From positions 8,742,001-8,806,000 of the forward strand of contig CM068761.1 of NCBI GenBank assembly GCA_035084275.1: DNA of 64,000 nucleotides. Direction: 5' to 3'. Below, in pieces: positions 37,831 to 50,502 of the stretch. How positions within the stretch are numbered: the stretch's first letter is position 1; every line of letters begins with the position of its first letter. The DNA comes from Hydrolagus colliei. Its lineage: Eukaryota. The notes below the pieces were generated by a model. The model did not search any database. It was given only the letters and a program-made list of their open reading frames with translations, and was not told the DNA's origin. Both the position numbers and the translations under genes were made by a program.

Positions 37831-38339
37831 TTTAGCAGTATTATTATTTTGTGAGGATATAAATCCACCAGAATATCCATATCCCGCAACGCAATTTGAG
37901 TGAAGCCCACGTCTGTCAATCAACTAGAATCTCGGCCAAACCCACGCCTTGGCTGAGTGCCAAAGACAAGCTTTTTTTCATTGTTATTCTAACCAATTGG
38001 AAAGGCCACAAACACTCATTTAAATGTTTAACTTCACCAGCAGATAGATATCAATGATACTTAACCAACATATGTATAGTTTAATCCTGAACAGTTTACT
38101 TTCTTGGAAATCATGGTATTGATATAAAAATACATCAACACATGGACAACAACAACAAATTACATCTATAGAGCGCCTTTCACATCGGGAGGACGTCCCA
38201 AGGCACTGAACAGTTAGGTCGGGACACGAACACGGGGCAGGGGACGGGATAGGGGTAAGGAGAGTAGGAGAATTGAAGGTATATTTGTAGGCAAAACGCG
38301 GCAGCCAATTGCACACAGCAGTGTCCCACAAACAGTCCT

Positions 38340-38775
38340 GGGGTGCGTTGGGGTAAATTCAGGGAGGAAAAAGGCGGGGGAAAGGGCAGTAAGTGGGGAG
38401 AGAGAGGGAAAGATGGGGGTGTATTCAGTCATGGAGAAATGGGGAGGAGAAAGGGGGTAAGGGGGAAGAGGGGGGGAAAGGGAAAAGAATGTGAGGGAGA
38501 GAATGCGGGAAATGGAGCAAAGGGAAGGAAGAGGAAGAGGGGAAGGGTAGAAGAGAGGCACAAAAGGGAGAAGAGAGGGAGGGGTGAAAGAGCGAGAGGA
38601 AGAAAGGGGGGAAAGAGGGGGTAAAAGGAAAGGAGGGAAGAGGGGGAAAGAAAAAGTGAAGTAAAGTAGAGAGAGGCAAAGAAGGGAGGAAAATGGGGAA
38701 AGAAAGCGGGATAGGGAGGGAGGGAAGAAAAGGCGGGGAGAGAGAGTAGGGGGCAAAAGGGGGATCAATCAACAG
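38340..38775 (+). repeat. Purine-rich (G/A) low-complexity tract
   Basis: Almost exclusively G and A on the + strand. Confidence 0.85.
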
Positions 38776-39699
38776 CAAAAAAGCAACAACAACAGCGTGT
38801 ACCCATCCAGCATACCTCGATGGCAGGGGAAGCCTGAGAGCACCACCCAGGCCTTATACGGTGGTCTCACTTCTCCTCGGTCCCATTTGATAATGGAGGA
38901 GCCACTGCCGCAGTTATGCTTGCCGTGAACAGTCCTGTTGTGGAGAGGGTACGACCGGATTTACAGATCGATAAAGAGTGAGAGGTGGAGCTGACGAGGC
39001 AGGGATTTCCAGAGGATAAGGGTGCAGTGGCTTAAAGGAGGAAAAGAGATATGAAAACACAATGAAAATTCAGGGAGAGTGAGGTGTGCATGAAGCGTTT
39101 ATATCTCAGGTGTACAGCAGTGTGGGAGCTCATAATAAATGCCATTATCAATTGTCCTCTGCCTCAAGGAGAATGTTAAAAACCTGCAATTAAAAACATG
39201 AGACTTAGGGAATCTGGTGGGCGGCTGCCGGCCATACTGAACAGGGCAGATGTCTTCCAAAGCATTGCCTCACTCCTGTGAATGGCTGTCATACTTCTCA
39301 GGGAGTTACACGGGTTGGCATTGGGAAGCCTTTCTCATTCAGAGTTTGAGGACATCTCTTCATCTAAGGTCAAATCACTTGGATCTACAATATCTTCAGA
39401 TGGTGATAAACTAGGTTTCTTTTTCTCTATTATTTCACTTTCCATTTTCAACTTTGCCGCTTTAACCTGCAATCTGTCCTACATCAGCTTTTTTTCAGAA
39501 AAATGGTTGTGAAGAAGCACTGGAGAGGGTTCAAACAATGATTCAGAGCTTTTCTTTCTCTTTTTGGCTACAAGTTCATCAGAGTCTTCGTTGCGGCCTT
39601 CACGTCCTACTGCAAGCCTCCTGCCCCCGCCAATAAATTGTTGTTTTCCAATGATTTGGGCTCTCTGGATATTGGTTTTGATTCCATATGTGCTGTCTT

Positions 39700-39830
39700 A
39701 CACACACGCATATACACACACATACATACACATGATAGACAAACGATGGACACACAGAGACCCACAGACACACACACTCACACGCACTCACTCAGACAGG
39801 CAGAGAGAGAGACACACAGACACACACAGA
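39700..39830 (+). repeat. Imperfect (CA)n/(GA)n microsatellite
   Basis: acacacacgcatatacacacacatacatacacat...gagagagagacacacagacacacacagac. Confidence 0.8.
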
Positions 39831-40899
39831 CATGGACCATGCTGATGTATCTATTTGAATTAAACTTTGATGTTTAAATTTTATTGATGTGCAAATATTT
39901 CAGCAAAATAGCACATTAAGCTTAATCAAGATCTGAACATTGAAAATAATAAAGACCTGAAGGTCCCATAGTGGCAGGAAGGCATACTGCTGTTGTTTGG
40001 GGGTGGGGAAGAGATGTAGGGGAGGATGATGCAGCCAAATGGATATTTACCATTTTTGACATTAAGAAGTGAAGGGCTTTTTCATACTTTTGAGTGTAAT
40101 TTGTCAGCATTCCGCAGTTTGTCGCATTCTAGTCTCTGTGGCAGAAGATTGTAAGTTCGAGTTCCTCATTAGGCCTTTCAAATAAATTGTCTAGGGTGAC
40201 ACTTTACTGCGATGATTGGGATGGCTGCATTGTTGTCAGTGCCACATTGTTTGCCTGGCCATGGTTACGATCTCGGATCACTCCACAAAAAAAAATGCAA
40301 ACATCCCATGTCATTCCCGAGCTCCAGGCCAGCAATTTCCTAATTAAAATTCTCATCCACTTCATGACTGTTTGTGATATCCTGCTTGATGCAGATCATC
40401 CCGCATTCTGTGGCCCATGTCCTCTCCTATGCCAGGATCTGTGATGCTATCACACTTGCTTGACTCCACTGGCTTACCATTACTTATAGGATACTGCTCA
40501 AAATACTGGTCTTCATCTTCAAATCCCTCGTTAACATTTTCTGCCATAATACCCTCTCTACCACTCTCAATGTCCTTGCCACCCCTCACCTCCAAAACCA
40601 CCTCCGACTGACGAACCTCAAGCTAATATTTCAGCCACCTCAATGCTCCCTCAATAGTCCATTGTGTGCCACTAAATGCACCAGTCTCAAATCTCACCTA
40701 ACAGTCCACCAGCATATCTGGTCCAACCACGTAAAACATAACACTCCATTCCGGCCTCTGCCATATTCTCCTCTACGCAAGATAATCTCCCAAGACAACT
40801 CCAGTCTCCCATTCTCAGCCACCAACTGGCTCCTCCATTCACAACCACCTCATTTTTTTCTCCTCAAAATATGATTGTGAGGAGCTGCTTAGAATTCCT

Positions 40900-41613
40900 C
40901 AAATCCTAAATTGAGTGAATATTTTCAGCTGCCTCTGCACTGCTTACTGCCAATCCATTCCCATCTCCCTGCAACACTTCGTATCAATTACTGCTTCCAC
41001 ATTTTCAAATGTATTAAGGCCTCCTCTCTCATCACCACCATATTGACCATGAAAAACACCAAGTTCTCCATTCACCACAATGCCCCCCGTCTGTTTACCT
41101 CCCAGCTCCACCTCTTCAACCCTCTACTCTCCAACACCATCAATCTCTCCTTGCCATATGGCACTGTTCCCATCCCCTCAAAACAGATATGATCACCTCC
41201 ACTCTGAACAAATCTTTCCTGGATACATCCCTGCTTTCCAACTACCAGAGGATCTCTAACCTTCCTTTTGCCTCTAAGATCCTTGGAAGAGTCATTGCTT
41301 CCCAGCTTGCTCATTCCTCGCGTACCATTTCCTTTATGTGATACTCCATTTATGTTTTGATGCTGCTCATGGCACAGAAACTGCTTATGTTCCAGGAGAA
41401 ACAACCTCGATTCCAGGAGAAATGGCATCCTTACAGCCAACAACAACAACAACAACAAATTACATTTATAGAGCGCCTTTCACGTTGGGAGGACGTCGTC
41501 CCAAGGCACTGCACAGACATCAAGTCCTGGATGAGAGGCAATTTTCTAACACTGAACATCATCAAAATTGAGGCACCCCTGATTGGCCCTCCTTACCCCT
41601 GATTGGCCCTGGA
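40900..41613 (+). mobile_element. Degenerate L2 RT fragments; the element continues at 44248-45135 after the transposon
   Basis: aactaccagaggatctctaaccttccttttgcctctaagatccttggaagagtc resembles NYRPISNLPFLSKILERV; DIKSWMRGNFLTLN at about 41515-41560. Confidence 0.65.
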
Positions 41614-44247
41614 CAGGGCCGTACGCAGGATTTTTTTTGGGGGGGTGCGAATTGCTAGTGATGGGACCAACAATGGCCGGGGGCTTGGGGGCTGCCCCCG
41701 AAGCCCCCTCGAGGCTCCGACGTTTTACACAGTTTGAGGTCTTATTTAATCGGTTCAGAAGATCCAATATGAACGGTAAATGTTTCATGCCCTTGGTGTT
41801 TAAGAGCATCATTATTTATTCAGTGTTTATATTTTCCCCGGTAGTCCGTGTCTAATTGGGAAGGTCGAATGTGTTCGCCGATAAAAGCAAACACGATTGT
41901 TGACTCGATGATGTAAGGAATGTGAACGATAAAGTAAATTACAATCCAATTAACACAGTACAATGACGAATGCTTGATAAATGTATGCGTATAGAGAAAA
42001 TGATCATAAACTACAGATTGACGGTAATTAATAAGTTGTTCTGCATTGTTATCCTAAGACTAAATTTATTTCGGACTGTAATGAACAATAATGTAAGAGT
42101 AAAGTATGAATGATGTGCTCAGATATTCCAGCAAAGCAAATTTTATAAAAGACAAGAAAATATACAGAAACTGAAAATCAGTGTCAAACAGTTAATTCAC
42201 ACGTGCTACAAGCCTGTTATCAGCATTATCCTGAAAATATCGTTGAACTGTGAGCAATAGTGTAGTTAGTTTTTATTTATTTATTTAGAATCAAAATGAA
42301 AGGCATCGAGCAATACTGATCTGACGAAAAAATACTTTAAAAAATAAGGGAGGGGAAATTAATTATTTAATAGCGTTCCATATTCGAGACGCCTCGGTCG
42401 CTTTGAAGCCAATACGTCAACCGCTCTACCAATATCGATTTCCATATTATAATGAATGTGCATTAACGCGAGGGCTGAAAGTCGCTCCTATATGGAGCAG
42501 AATGCTGGACACTTAGGCAAACCCAGGAGATTAGGTGACTCGTGAGGTATATACCAGGCTTCTAAGAGACGCCCTGAACGTTTACTGGCGACAGCATCTG
42601 ACAAATAGTGAGCTATATGGTACACCACCACACTGGTATCACAGACATTACCGCAGAGGCGTCTTAGGTTTAGCGGACATAGCTGGAGAAGCCGGGAGGA
42701 AACTGTCCATAGTGCTACTATCCTATGGGAACCATTGCACGGTCACAGAACACGAGGTAGACCGACCCTAACCTACCTCGCTACATGAAATGCACGGATT
42801 ATATTATTATTCAAAGAGAGAAAGAGTGACTTTCAGAGGAGTCACGTTGAAGAGATTTGTGTAGGAAGAGCTGTTGCTTTGCAGACTCGACTGCACCTGT
42901 CCTTTATATCCCGCTGGTGTGAGGCAGCAGTTCTGGGGACCTCAACTCTAACAGGTGCAGGTTAACAATCCTTTAAGTTATAGCCAATTACGTGACACTG
43001 CCCACAAACCCTGAAAATAAATCTCAGTTGTCAATCAGTCAGATATGCAACCTCGACCTTGGGAATGTCTTCAGATTCAGAGGCACTGAGTAGGAGGGAA
43101 AGAAAGTTTCCCACAGGTGATAGAAGACAGCAGCATCACCTGGCGAGTCGCCTGGCACAGTGAATAGCACTCTGGCCTCTGAGTCAGAAAGTTGTGGGTT
43201 CAAACCCCACGTCGGCACTCGGTATCACACAGAGGAAGCTGACACTTCAATGTGGTGCTGTGGGGGGGGGGGGGTCCCATTGTTAGAGGCTGTTCTTTTG
43301 GTTGAGATGCTGAACCGAGGTCTGATCCGTCTGTTTAGATGGATGTGAAAAGATCCTCTGACACTACTCGAAAAGCGGAGGGAAGTCTCTCTCCTGTTGT
43401 CCTGGCCAACAAACGCCCCCAAATAAAATCGGTGACTCACTCCATCGGTGTTTGTGGGACAATCCTGGGCAAAAACTGGCCACTTTACAGTACGTTCTGT
43501 GAAGCGCTCTGAGCTATCTCGACAATGTACTAAGGCACTATTATCAATTGCTAACATTATCAGATTAAAATACGATTTCAGCTTCCACAAAGTGGTGCTA
43601 CCTTTTTATGTAGTGACTGTATACGGGATGATTTCCAATTGACACACCACATAGAATAGGCGCTAAAGCATAGGCCTACGTCCATGAGTATTTTTTTTAA
43701 AGATAGGCATTCCCGCCCAGCATATAACTTTTTTGTTGGGTTCTCAAAAGCTTTAAGTTCTCAGAAGCTTGTAAATATGTTGTCATTGTTTGCCAGCATT
43801 ACAGTCACACCTCTCAAAACTTGAGTAATTTTTACTTACGGTGATCAGATGAAAAGATGATTTTAACTCCAGAATTGGTGCTGCCCCTTGTGGCTGTTTA
43901 CGGGATGATTTCCAAACGAGGATTTGAGTCTTGGCGCCTATGTTTATCCAATCACGAGTCACAGACTCGCCGCGTCATGGACTGGTCTATCGACGCGGTA
44001 TGTTTTGGGGAGACGCCGATTCTGGTGTGCGACTCGATAATTTTATATTAATACTAAATCATTCAAAGATGTGTGTTTATAATTTATACATAGTTTTGAA
44101 GAACTGATTGTTGCACAAATGTTCAATAAATTTACTTGGTATTTAAATTTGATAAAAAATGCAATTCTCTACCCCGGAAAATGTGGACCTTTTATAATTT
44201 GGGGGGGTGCGTACGCACCCGTCGCACCCCCCCTGCGTACGGCCTTG
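41614..44247. mobile_element. Non-autonomous TIR DNA transposon (hAT-like), copy 2, with an internal replacement
   Basis: Same TIRs as 9106-11202; flanked by direct repeat CCTGGA (41608-41613 and 44248-44253); about 42718-43555 is foreign sequence relative to copy 1. Confidence 0.87.
43140..43550 (+). mobile_element. Long-form tRNA-derived Deu-SINE (SacSINE1-like) nested in the transposon
   Basis: Head ggcacagtgaatagcactctggcctctgagtcagaaagttgtgggttcaaaccc; core gagatgctgaaccgagg...gatggatgtgaaaagatcc...gtcctggccaac; tail gtgaagcgctctgag. Confidence 0.7.
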
Positions 44248-45135
44248 CCTGGATACATGCTTCACCTCACCAAATGAGTGGGGAATCTGGGGAAATTTTG
44301 ACCCTCAACTGTCCTTTGTCCCCCATATCTGTGCCATAACCCACACTGCCTCCTAGCACCCCTGCAACATTGCTTGACTCCATCATTGCTTCACTACCCC
44401 CCCATCCCCATGCCAACAAAATGCTCAAAAATGCATTTGTTTCCTGATGGCACCCCTACCAAAACTCCTCCTTTGTGCGTCTCCACAATTCTTCCCTCCA
44501 CACGCTGCAGATCATATACTCTGACGCACCAGCCTCCATGACCCCATCACCCCCACACTCAACCAACTCCACTGGTTCCCCATGCATCAGACGATAGAAT
44601 TCAAAATCCTTGTACCCCCATTCAATGCCCTCTACGGAATGCCATCTGTCACCTCACTGACCTTCTGACCCCTATCAACCTGTCCACTTCCTCCACTCTG
44701 CAAGCTTCACCATTCTGCCTGTCTCCCAACTGATCTGCCCAAGCATTGGCGGCTGTGTCTCTCTGACCACACACTCCACCCGACCTGAACTGTACTGCAA
44801 ATGTAATTTTCTTCCTGTTATTGTTGCTGCTCACCACCGTCCATCTCTGCGTCTTTGTAACCAACTCTACCACCCCCCCCACTCTCTCCGAGCAGCTGGT
44901 TCCAACCTGTTAATATGCGCCATGACCCACATCGTCAGATTGGACCTCTACCATCTTCACCCTGCTCTGTGGAATTCCATTACAAAGTCCCGCTGCCTCG
45001 CCCCTCCCTTGGCTTGGTTAAGACCTGTCACAACACCCTCATCTGTGAACATGCCTTCAATCACCCTGACTACCATTTTCGATCAGACACTGATTGTCCA
45101 GTCCTTCGGGATATTCACTTGATGTGAAAGGCGCT
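44248..45135 (+). mobile_element. L2 3' portion, degenerate
   Basis: ctccactggttccccatgcatcagacgatagaattcaaaatccttg resembles LHWLPxxxRIxFKIL; L2-type tail near 45100-45135. Confidence 0.6.
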
Positions 45136-45439
45136 ACACAATTATAATTATTCTCTTGGTATTATTATACATTTATTTTCAATAATAGGGTACAGGTAAT
45201 GTAAGAGCATTGTAGTTAAAATGAAAGCTGCTCTGTGTTTCTGCGCATTTGCACTTGAGTTAGAAATCAGTCGTTGGATCAAGGTATGCGCATAATTCAG
45301 TGCCCGCATGTTCGAATAGTCTTCCAAACATGCATTTTGAGCACTCCTCTTCGCTCTGTGTGTTGAGTACCATAAATCTATTTCCTGTTCCATATCACAT
45401 TATATAAAAGCTGCCAGAAACTTGTACAGAAGTTAGGAA

Positions 45440-45710
45440 CAATACGCAAAACACTGCAACTGCTGGAAGCCTGAAACAAACCAAAAAAACAGCAGAGTCG
45501 CTGTGAACACTCAGCTGCTCAGGCAGCATCTGTGGAGAAAGCAAACTCCACAGTGAACACCTCCAGCGGTGAGCACCGCTTCCACAGATCTCAACTCGGA
45601 ATTCAGTTCTGACGAAGGGTTGTGGACTCGAAAAGCTGACACATTTTGCTTTCTCCATAGATGCTGCCTGACCTGCTCAATATTCCCAGCGATTGCTGTT
45701 TTTGTTCCAC
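45440..45710. repeat. Palindromic short interspersed element (possibly Penelope-derived); partial copies at about 11440-11520, 17545-17740, 30260-30440 and 34085-34240
   Basis: Arm tcaggcagcatctgtggagaaagcaaa is inverted to tttgctttctccatagatgctgcctga (1 mismatch); loop contains tgacgaaggg...cgaaa. Confidence 0.65.
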
Positions 45711-47269
45711 AAGATCGGAATTGTGTATTTGTGTTTCGATGTCCCTGTTACATTTCGCTACACAGCTATAGTTGTTAATATTTTATCAGAAAGGCTCGCA
45801 TAGAACGAAAGGGAAACGGGCAGGAGATTACATTTCATTTTTATTTATTCAAGCATGGTGAGGACACCCTTCCTAAAATATATTTATGATGATGTTCTTT
45901 TCCAAGATCAGGAGAGAAGAATTTACCAAAGTGCGAACCGTTCGACAAACGGATATTTCGGTTGACAGAAACAAAAGATAATGTACAATGGTGCTGGAGG
46001 ATGATATCGGGGTGCTGACCAGATTCCCGTGTGATGATATCCAACTGATTAATTAATCATTTGGCGCTATAAATCGCAAATTAGCCATGCCTTGTGCCAT
46101 TTGTGGTACTACCCTTAGAAGTTACAAACAGAGCAAACACTACACGAATAAATGTATCACATACACTGTCTCGGGGTGAGTTACTGTCCTCCCTGCTTGA
46201 GGATCAACAGACCCTGGCTCATTTCAGCGATTATATCATTTCTGCACTGAAATGTTCTTTCAGTATCAGGAAGTGGGAATCGAGATCATATTCTATTAAT
46301 AATAACATCAAATTACGTTTATATAGCGCGTTTCACATGTAGAGGACGTCCCAAGTGCTGGACAGTGAGGGATGAGGACCCGGGATTTTGTTTTGGGATC
46401 AGGAGCGATGGAGGGCAGGAAGGCGGGGATTGCAGGGTGACTGAAGGCGCCGTCTGCGACTAGGCTATTAAGACGGGGATAGAACGAATCAAGGTGGGAG
46501 TGATAGGGTAGGTTCACCTCGCGAAACAGTTCCTATCTGCAGTAAGGCATAGTGAAGTAAAGAAAATCCCAGTGTGAGGGTAGTATCGGAACTGGAACCT
46601 GTGGGAAGGTAACTTGGACAGTTCATATTGTGAAATATCCATAAAACATACATATAATTCGAAGATGGTGAGCGTGCCTTGTAAATTGTGCCTTCCTGTG
46701 CAGAACTGCAGCAGGTCAGCCTGCAAACTGTACTTGCAAATGTCTGTGGTTCCTCTCTTCTCGGGTGCTTACCAAAGGAGGGCTATAAAGAATCAACTGG
46801 TCTTATTCTGCTGATTGCCCAGCAAAAGTAAGACACAATTATCCAACATCGGGACAATCTCCACATCATTAAAATTCCCTGTGAAAATGGGCCAGTGGTC
46901 TTGCAGGATTCACTCGCTGGAAAAGCCTTGATACATGCTAATATTCAATGGAGTACAACGTTTCCAGGATTCTGTAAATAATTGTGTGTTGTGTGGTTAC
47001 GATGAATGATTAAATTGCCCATCGTTTGGAACATATATGGGAATCAAGCCTGATCGCTTGGGAGACGAGTCCTCCAATATCTTAATGACAGGACCCCATG
47101 AAATAGTACCTTTGGTTTGCATTAAACACTTGGTCTCAAGTGGAACTAAAATCCTTTGCTAAATCAAACTCTTCATTGAGAAACCGTATCAATATTATCG
47201 TGGAAAATCTTTGGAAATTTAGGCGGTAAAATGGCTCCAATAATGCAATTATTCATAACAAGGATTCCT

Positions 47270-47335
47270 ATTGGACGATACCAACCGTAGGGTGATTTGC
47301 ATAAATTATGAATCCAACGGGACTTGCATCACCTG
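47270..47335 (+). promoter_or_regulatory. IgL cluster 4 promoter: ATTGG 47270-47274, octamer 47295-47302, variant ACTTGCAT 47322-47329, E-box 47330-47335
   Basis: Same module and spacing as the other clusters. Confidence 0.85.
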
Positions 47336-47426
47336 ATGGTTCTTAAGGAGAAGTTTACAATCGAGCAGTAAAGTGGCTTTTGTCTGTGAATCACTAATTT
47401 CTCTGATGTTCATCAAACTGTTCACA

Positions 47427-47475
47427 ATGGGCGATTGGCTCCGAGTTCTGGCCGCTTTGCTCCTGTGTCTGCATG
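47427..47475 (+). CDS. IGL: IgL cluster 4, leader exon
   Basis: ATG 47427; MGDWLRVLAALLLCLH-G; donor at 47476. Confidence 0.93.
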
Positions 47476-47531
47476 GTAAGCGCTGCGGAATCCGCCCTGA
47501 TCTCAATTAGCTTCACTTTGTACAGTTAGTT

Positions 47532-47563
47532 CTACAGTGTGACCTATCTACAGTGTGACTTAT
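47532..47563 (+). repeat. 16-bp leader-intron repeat x2
   Basis: Units at 47532 and 47548. Confidence 0.88.
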
Positions 47564-47585
47564 CTGTGACTTGTTATTTCTCCAG

Positions 47586-47939
47586 GAACAACCGCGGCTG
47601 TTACCCTGACTCAGCCACCGTCCATCTCAACCTCCCCGGGAAACACCGTCAAGATCACCTGTACCATGTCCGGAGGCAGCATCGGCAGCTACTACACGAG
47701 CTGGTACCAGCAGAAGCCTGGCAGCGCCCCTGTGCTTGTTTGGTATCAGTATGGTAGTAGCTCCGGCAGAGGTCAGGGGATTCCTGATCGATTCACTGGT
47801 TCTACGGGATCATCGAACATGCATTTGACCATCGGGGGTGTGCAGCCGGAGGACGCGGCGGATTATTACTGTGGTGCCCAGTATAGCAGCAGTCCGTATA
47901 CCTTCTTGTTCGGTAAAGGGACCAAACTGAATTTGAAAA
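47586..47939 (+). CDS. IGL: IgL cluster 4, germline-joined VJ exon
   Basis: Acceptor at 47585. Open frame with longer CDR2 (WYQYGSSSGRGQG) and [25 protein letters not shown]; donor at 47940. Confidence 0.95.
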
Positions 47940-50179
47940 GTAAGTGACATTCAGCATTCCTCATTGACTATGAAGTTTGCGTTTCGACTTTTCGATAGTT
48001 ATTTTGATGTGGTTTTATGTGAAAGATTCTATAGTATACATGAAGGAATTAAATTAATCAAGAGCACAACAACAAGATGACATTTGTGTGGCGCCTTTCA
48101 CGTCGGGAGGCGAGATAAAAGGTTACAGTTCATATTTAACATTGTGTATATTGAAGGACAGAATATATCACATCCACTGAACCACCGTCTGGAGATCGTG
48201 GCAAAGAATGAACTGCAGGAGGTAACAGTTGTACACATGGTATTCAAGTAAGTCCAGGCTCCTTTTACCAGATTACCGCATTGATATTTAGAAGAAGCTT
48301 CAGATCAAGATTGTAAACTGCAGCTTTCCATACGGTGACTCTCCCTGGGTTCGGTTTTGTGAGCGATTGAAATCTCAGAGGGCACTGGAGATCGTAGCAA
48401 TTAAACTTCCGATAGACTGAGTAACTCTCCTGCATTATGACGGAATATCTCTCAGGGACGCTTCTCAGAGCATTATTTGACATTAGCTTCTAATCCGTTA
48501 TTTGAGGATAATCAGAATAATATTGTCATTTTAGTTAGTGAATTTGTATTTTGAAACGATTTAGACTTGTACAATGAACCCTGTGTTATTCATAACACTA
48601 ATAGATGGCTCTGTGTTGTTTTTCCACATACTGCACATAATGCATACTGTATTTGTATTTCTGTTGGTTTGAAATGTTGTATTTTTCTCCCAATTCCGTG
48701 TTTGGTGTCACTGGGGGAAGAACCATTCCAATCAGTAGCACACTCAGTATGTTGTTTGTGTTTCACCACAAGCTGTTGGCTGGAAGTGATCAATGTGAAA
48801 TCAGCGCGAAGTGAGGAAACCGGCTGAGCGGCGCTGCAATCTGCTCCAAACAGAAATAAATTGCAAAGAAACATATAACACAAATTGCGGAAATTGAAGA
48901 TGTTGATTTCCCATAGACTGTGCAGTGATATTTAGTAGAAATACAATGTAGTTCATCCGCCCAATTATACATTGTGAAATTTAGCTGCTGAAATTTACCT
49001 AATTGTGCTTATGATACATATTGTGACTTTTCCTTCGTACAACATTCGAGGAAAGTGAACCCTTTGCTTTTTAGCCTGGATTTCCCCGTTTTTATTATCT
49101 GTCGCTGTTGTCTGTAAAGCATTGTTGGTCGAAACGGCGATTTTCTACGAGAAAAGACGACTAAAGAATTAGTAGATTTACAATTATCCCGATCAGGTGT
49201 AACAGAAAAGTTTGCCTCAAGAACTGCAGAACAGTTTGCAAATCGGATTAATTACCATTATAAATGTTAATATTCTGCTTGTATCTATAAATAGCTTGTT
49301 GTATCCTGGTGTACTGAACCGCGTGTTTGTGCACAAACCGCTTTCCGATTCCGATGCTTTTAATTCTTTCTCGCTGGCGTTTCTTCCCCCAAAATATATA
49401 AACAATTCAACGTACATTCTGTGAAGTGATCTAAGTCGTCTCTAACATTAGATAAGGCGTTCAAAACAAATGCAAGGAACAGTATTATTATCATGGACCT
49501 GCGGGTCATCGGGCGCTCTACTATTAAAATTTATTGTTGTTATGTAGATCTTGGAGTTTAGTGAAGTCCTTCATTGCTCAGCCGTACAGTAGTGGAGTTT
49601 CAATCCAGTTTCCTGCAGACTGCGGATTCTTGTAACTCCCCCAAATACTCAAAGATTGACTAATTTCTTCCCTCAATTTGGGCGTAGGTGCAAAGGGTCA
49701 GTTACTTGCATTCACTTTTTGCTTCTCCGTTGTGAATGAGCTTCGTCAGATATACAATTAATAATCAAAACGTATCAGTGCGCATTCAATCAATATGACG
49801 CCCTTTCAATATGTGACATATTTGGTGTCGTTTCTGATGATTCCAGTTTTTAAATTGCTAAATGTATTTGTGAGAATCTACAGATGGTACAATAAACTAT
49901 AGAGTGTGTGGTGAGAAACACTTATAACCTCATAATCCTCAAAACCTCTTCACATTGGTTTGATATCTTGACAGGAGGACGGTGTCGGTATTCAATATTG
50001 TTGTCAGCAGACAAGAAAACAATGTGTGATGCGTTATTCAGTAATGATGTGAGATGTTGTGTAGATTTGGCGAACAATGGCATTAATCATGATTAAAAAC
50101 TTTTGCTATTTACTTTTCAACTGTCCTTCGTATCACCAATTAATGGACATTATCTGAATATAAAATTATTTCTTTCCAG

Positions 50180-50502
50180 ACCCACGGGCACCTTCGGTGA
50201 CTGTCCTTCCGCCGTCACCAGATCAAATCACAGCAAAGAGCAAGGCGACCCTGGTGTGTCTGGTGAATGATTTTATCCCGGGAGCTGTGGAGGTCAAGTG
50301 GACTGTGGATGGCAGTGCCAGAAGTGAAGGTGTTGAAACGAGTGCGATCAAGCAGGAGGTGGACAACACGTACAGTGTGAGCAGTTATCTGACTCTGCCA
50401 GCCTCCGAGTGGGAGTCACACGAGCTGTATTCCTGTCTGGTCACACACGAGACTCGGGCAGATCCGCTTAAAACAAGCATCGCTAGATCCAGTTGTTCAT
50501 AA
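50180..50502 (+). CDS. IGL: IgL cluster 4, constant exon
   Basis: Acceptor tctttccag at 50179; 323-nt open C1-set domain ending SSCS*. Spliced product is 241 aa. Confidence 0.95.

Noticed and set aside
38214-38778. Pro/Ser/Leu/Phe-rich and Gly/Arg/Lys-rich ORFs
   Set aside because: Translations of a purine-rich low-complexity tract.
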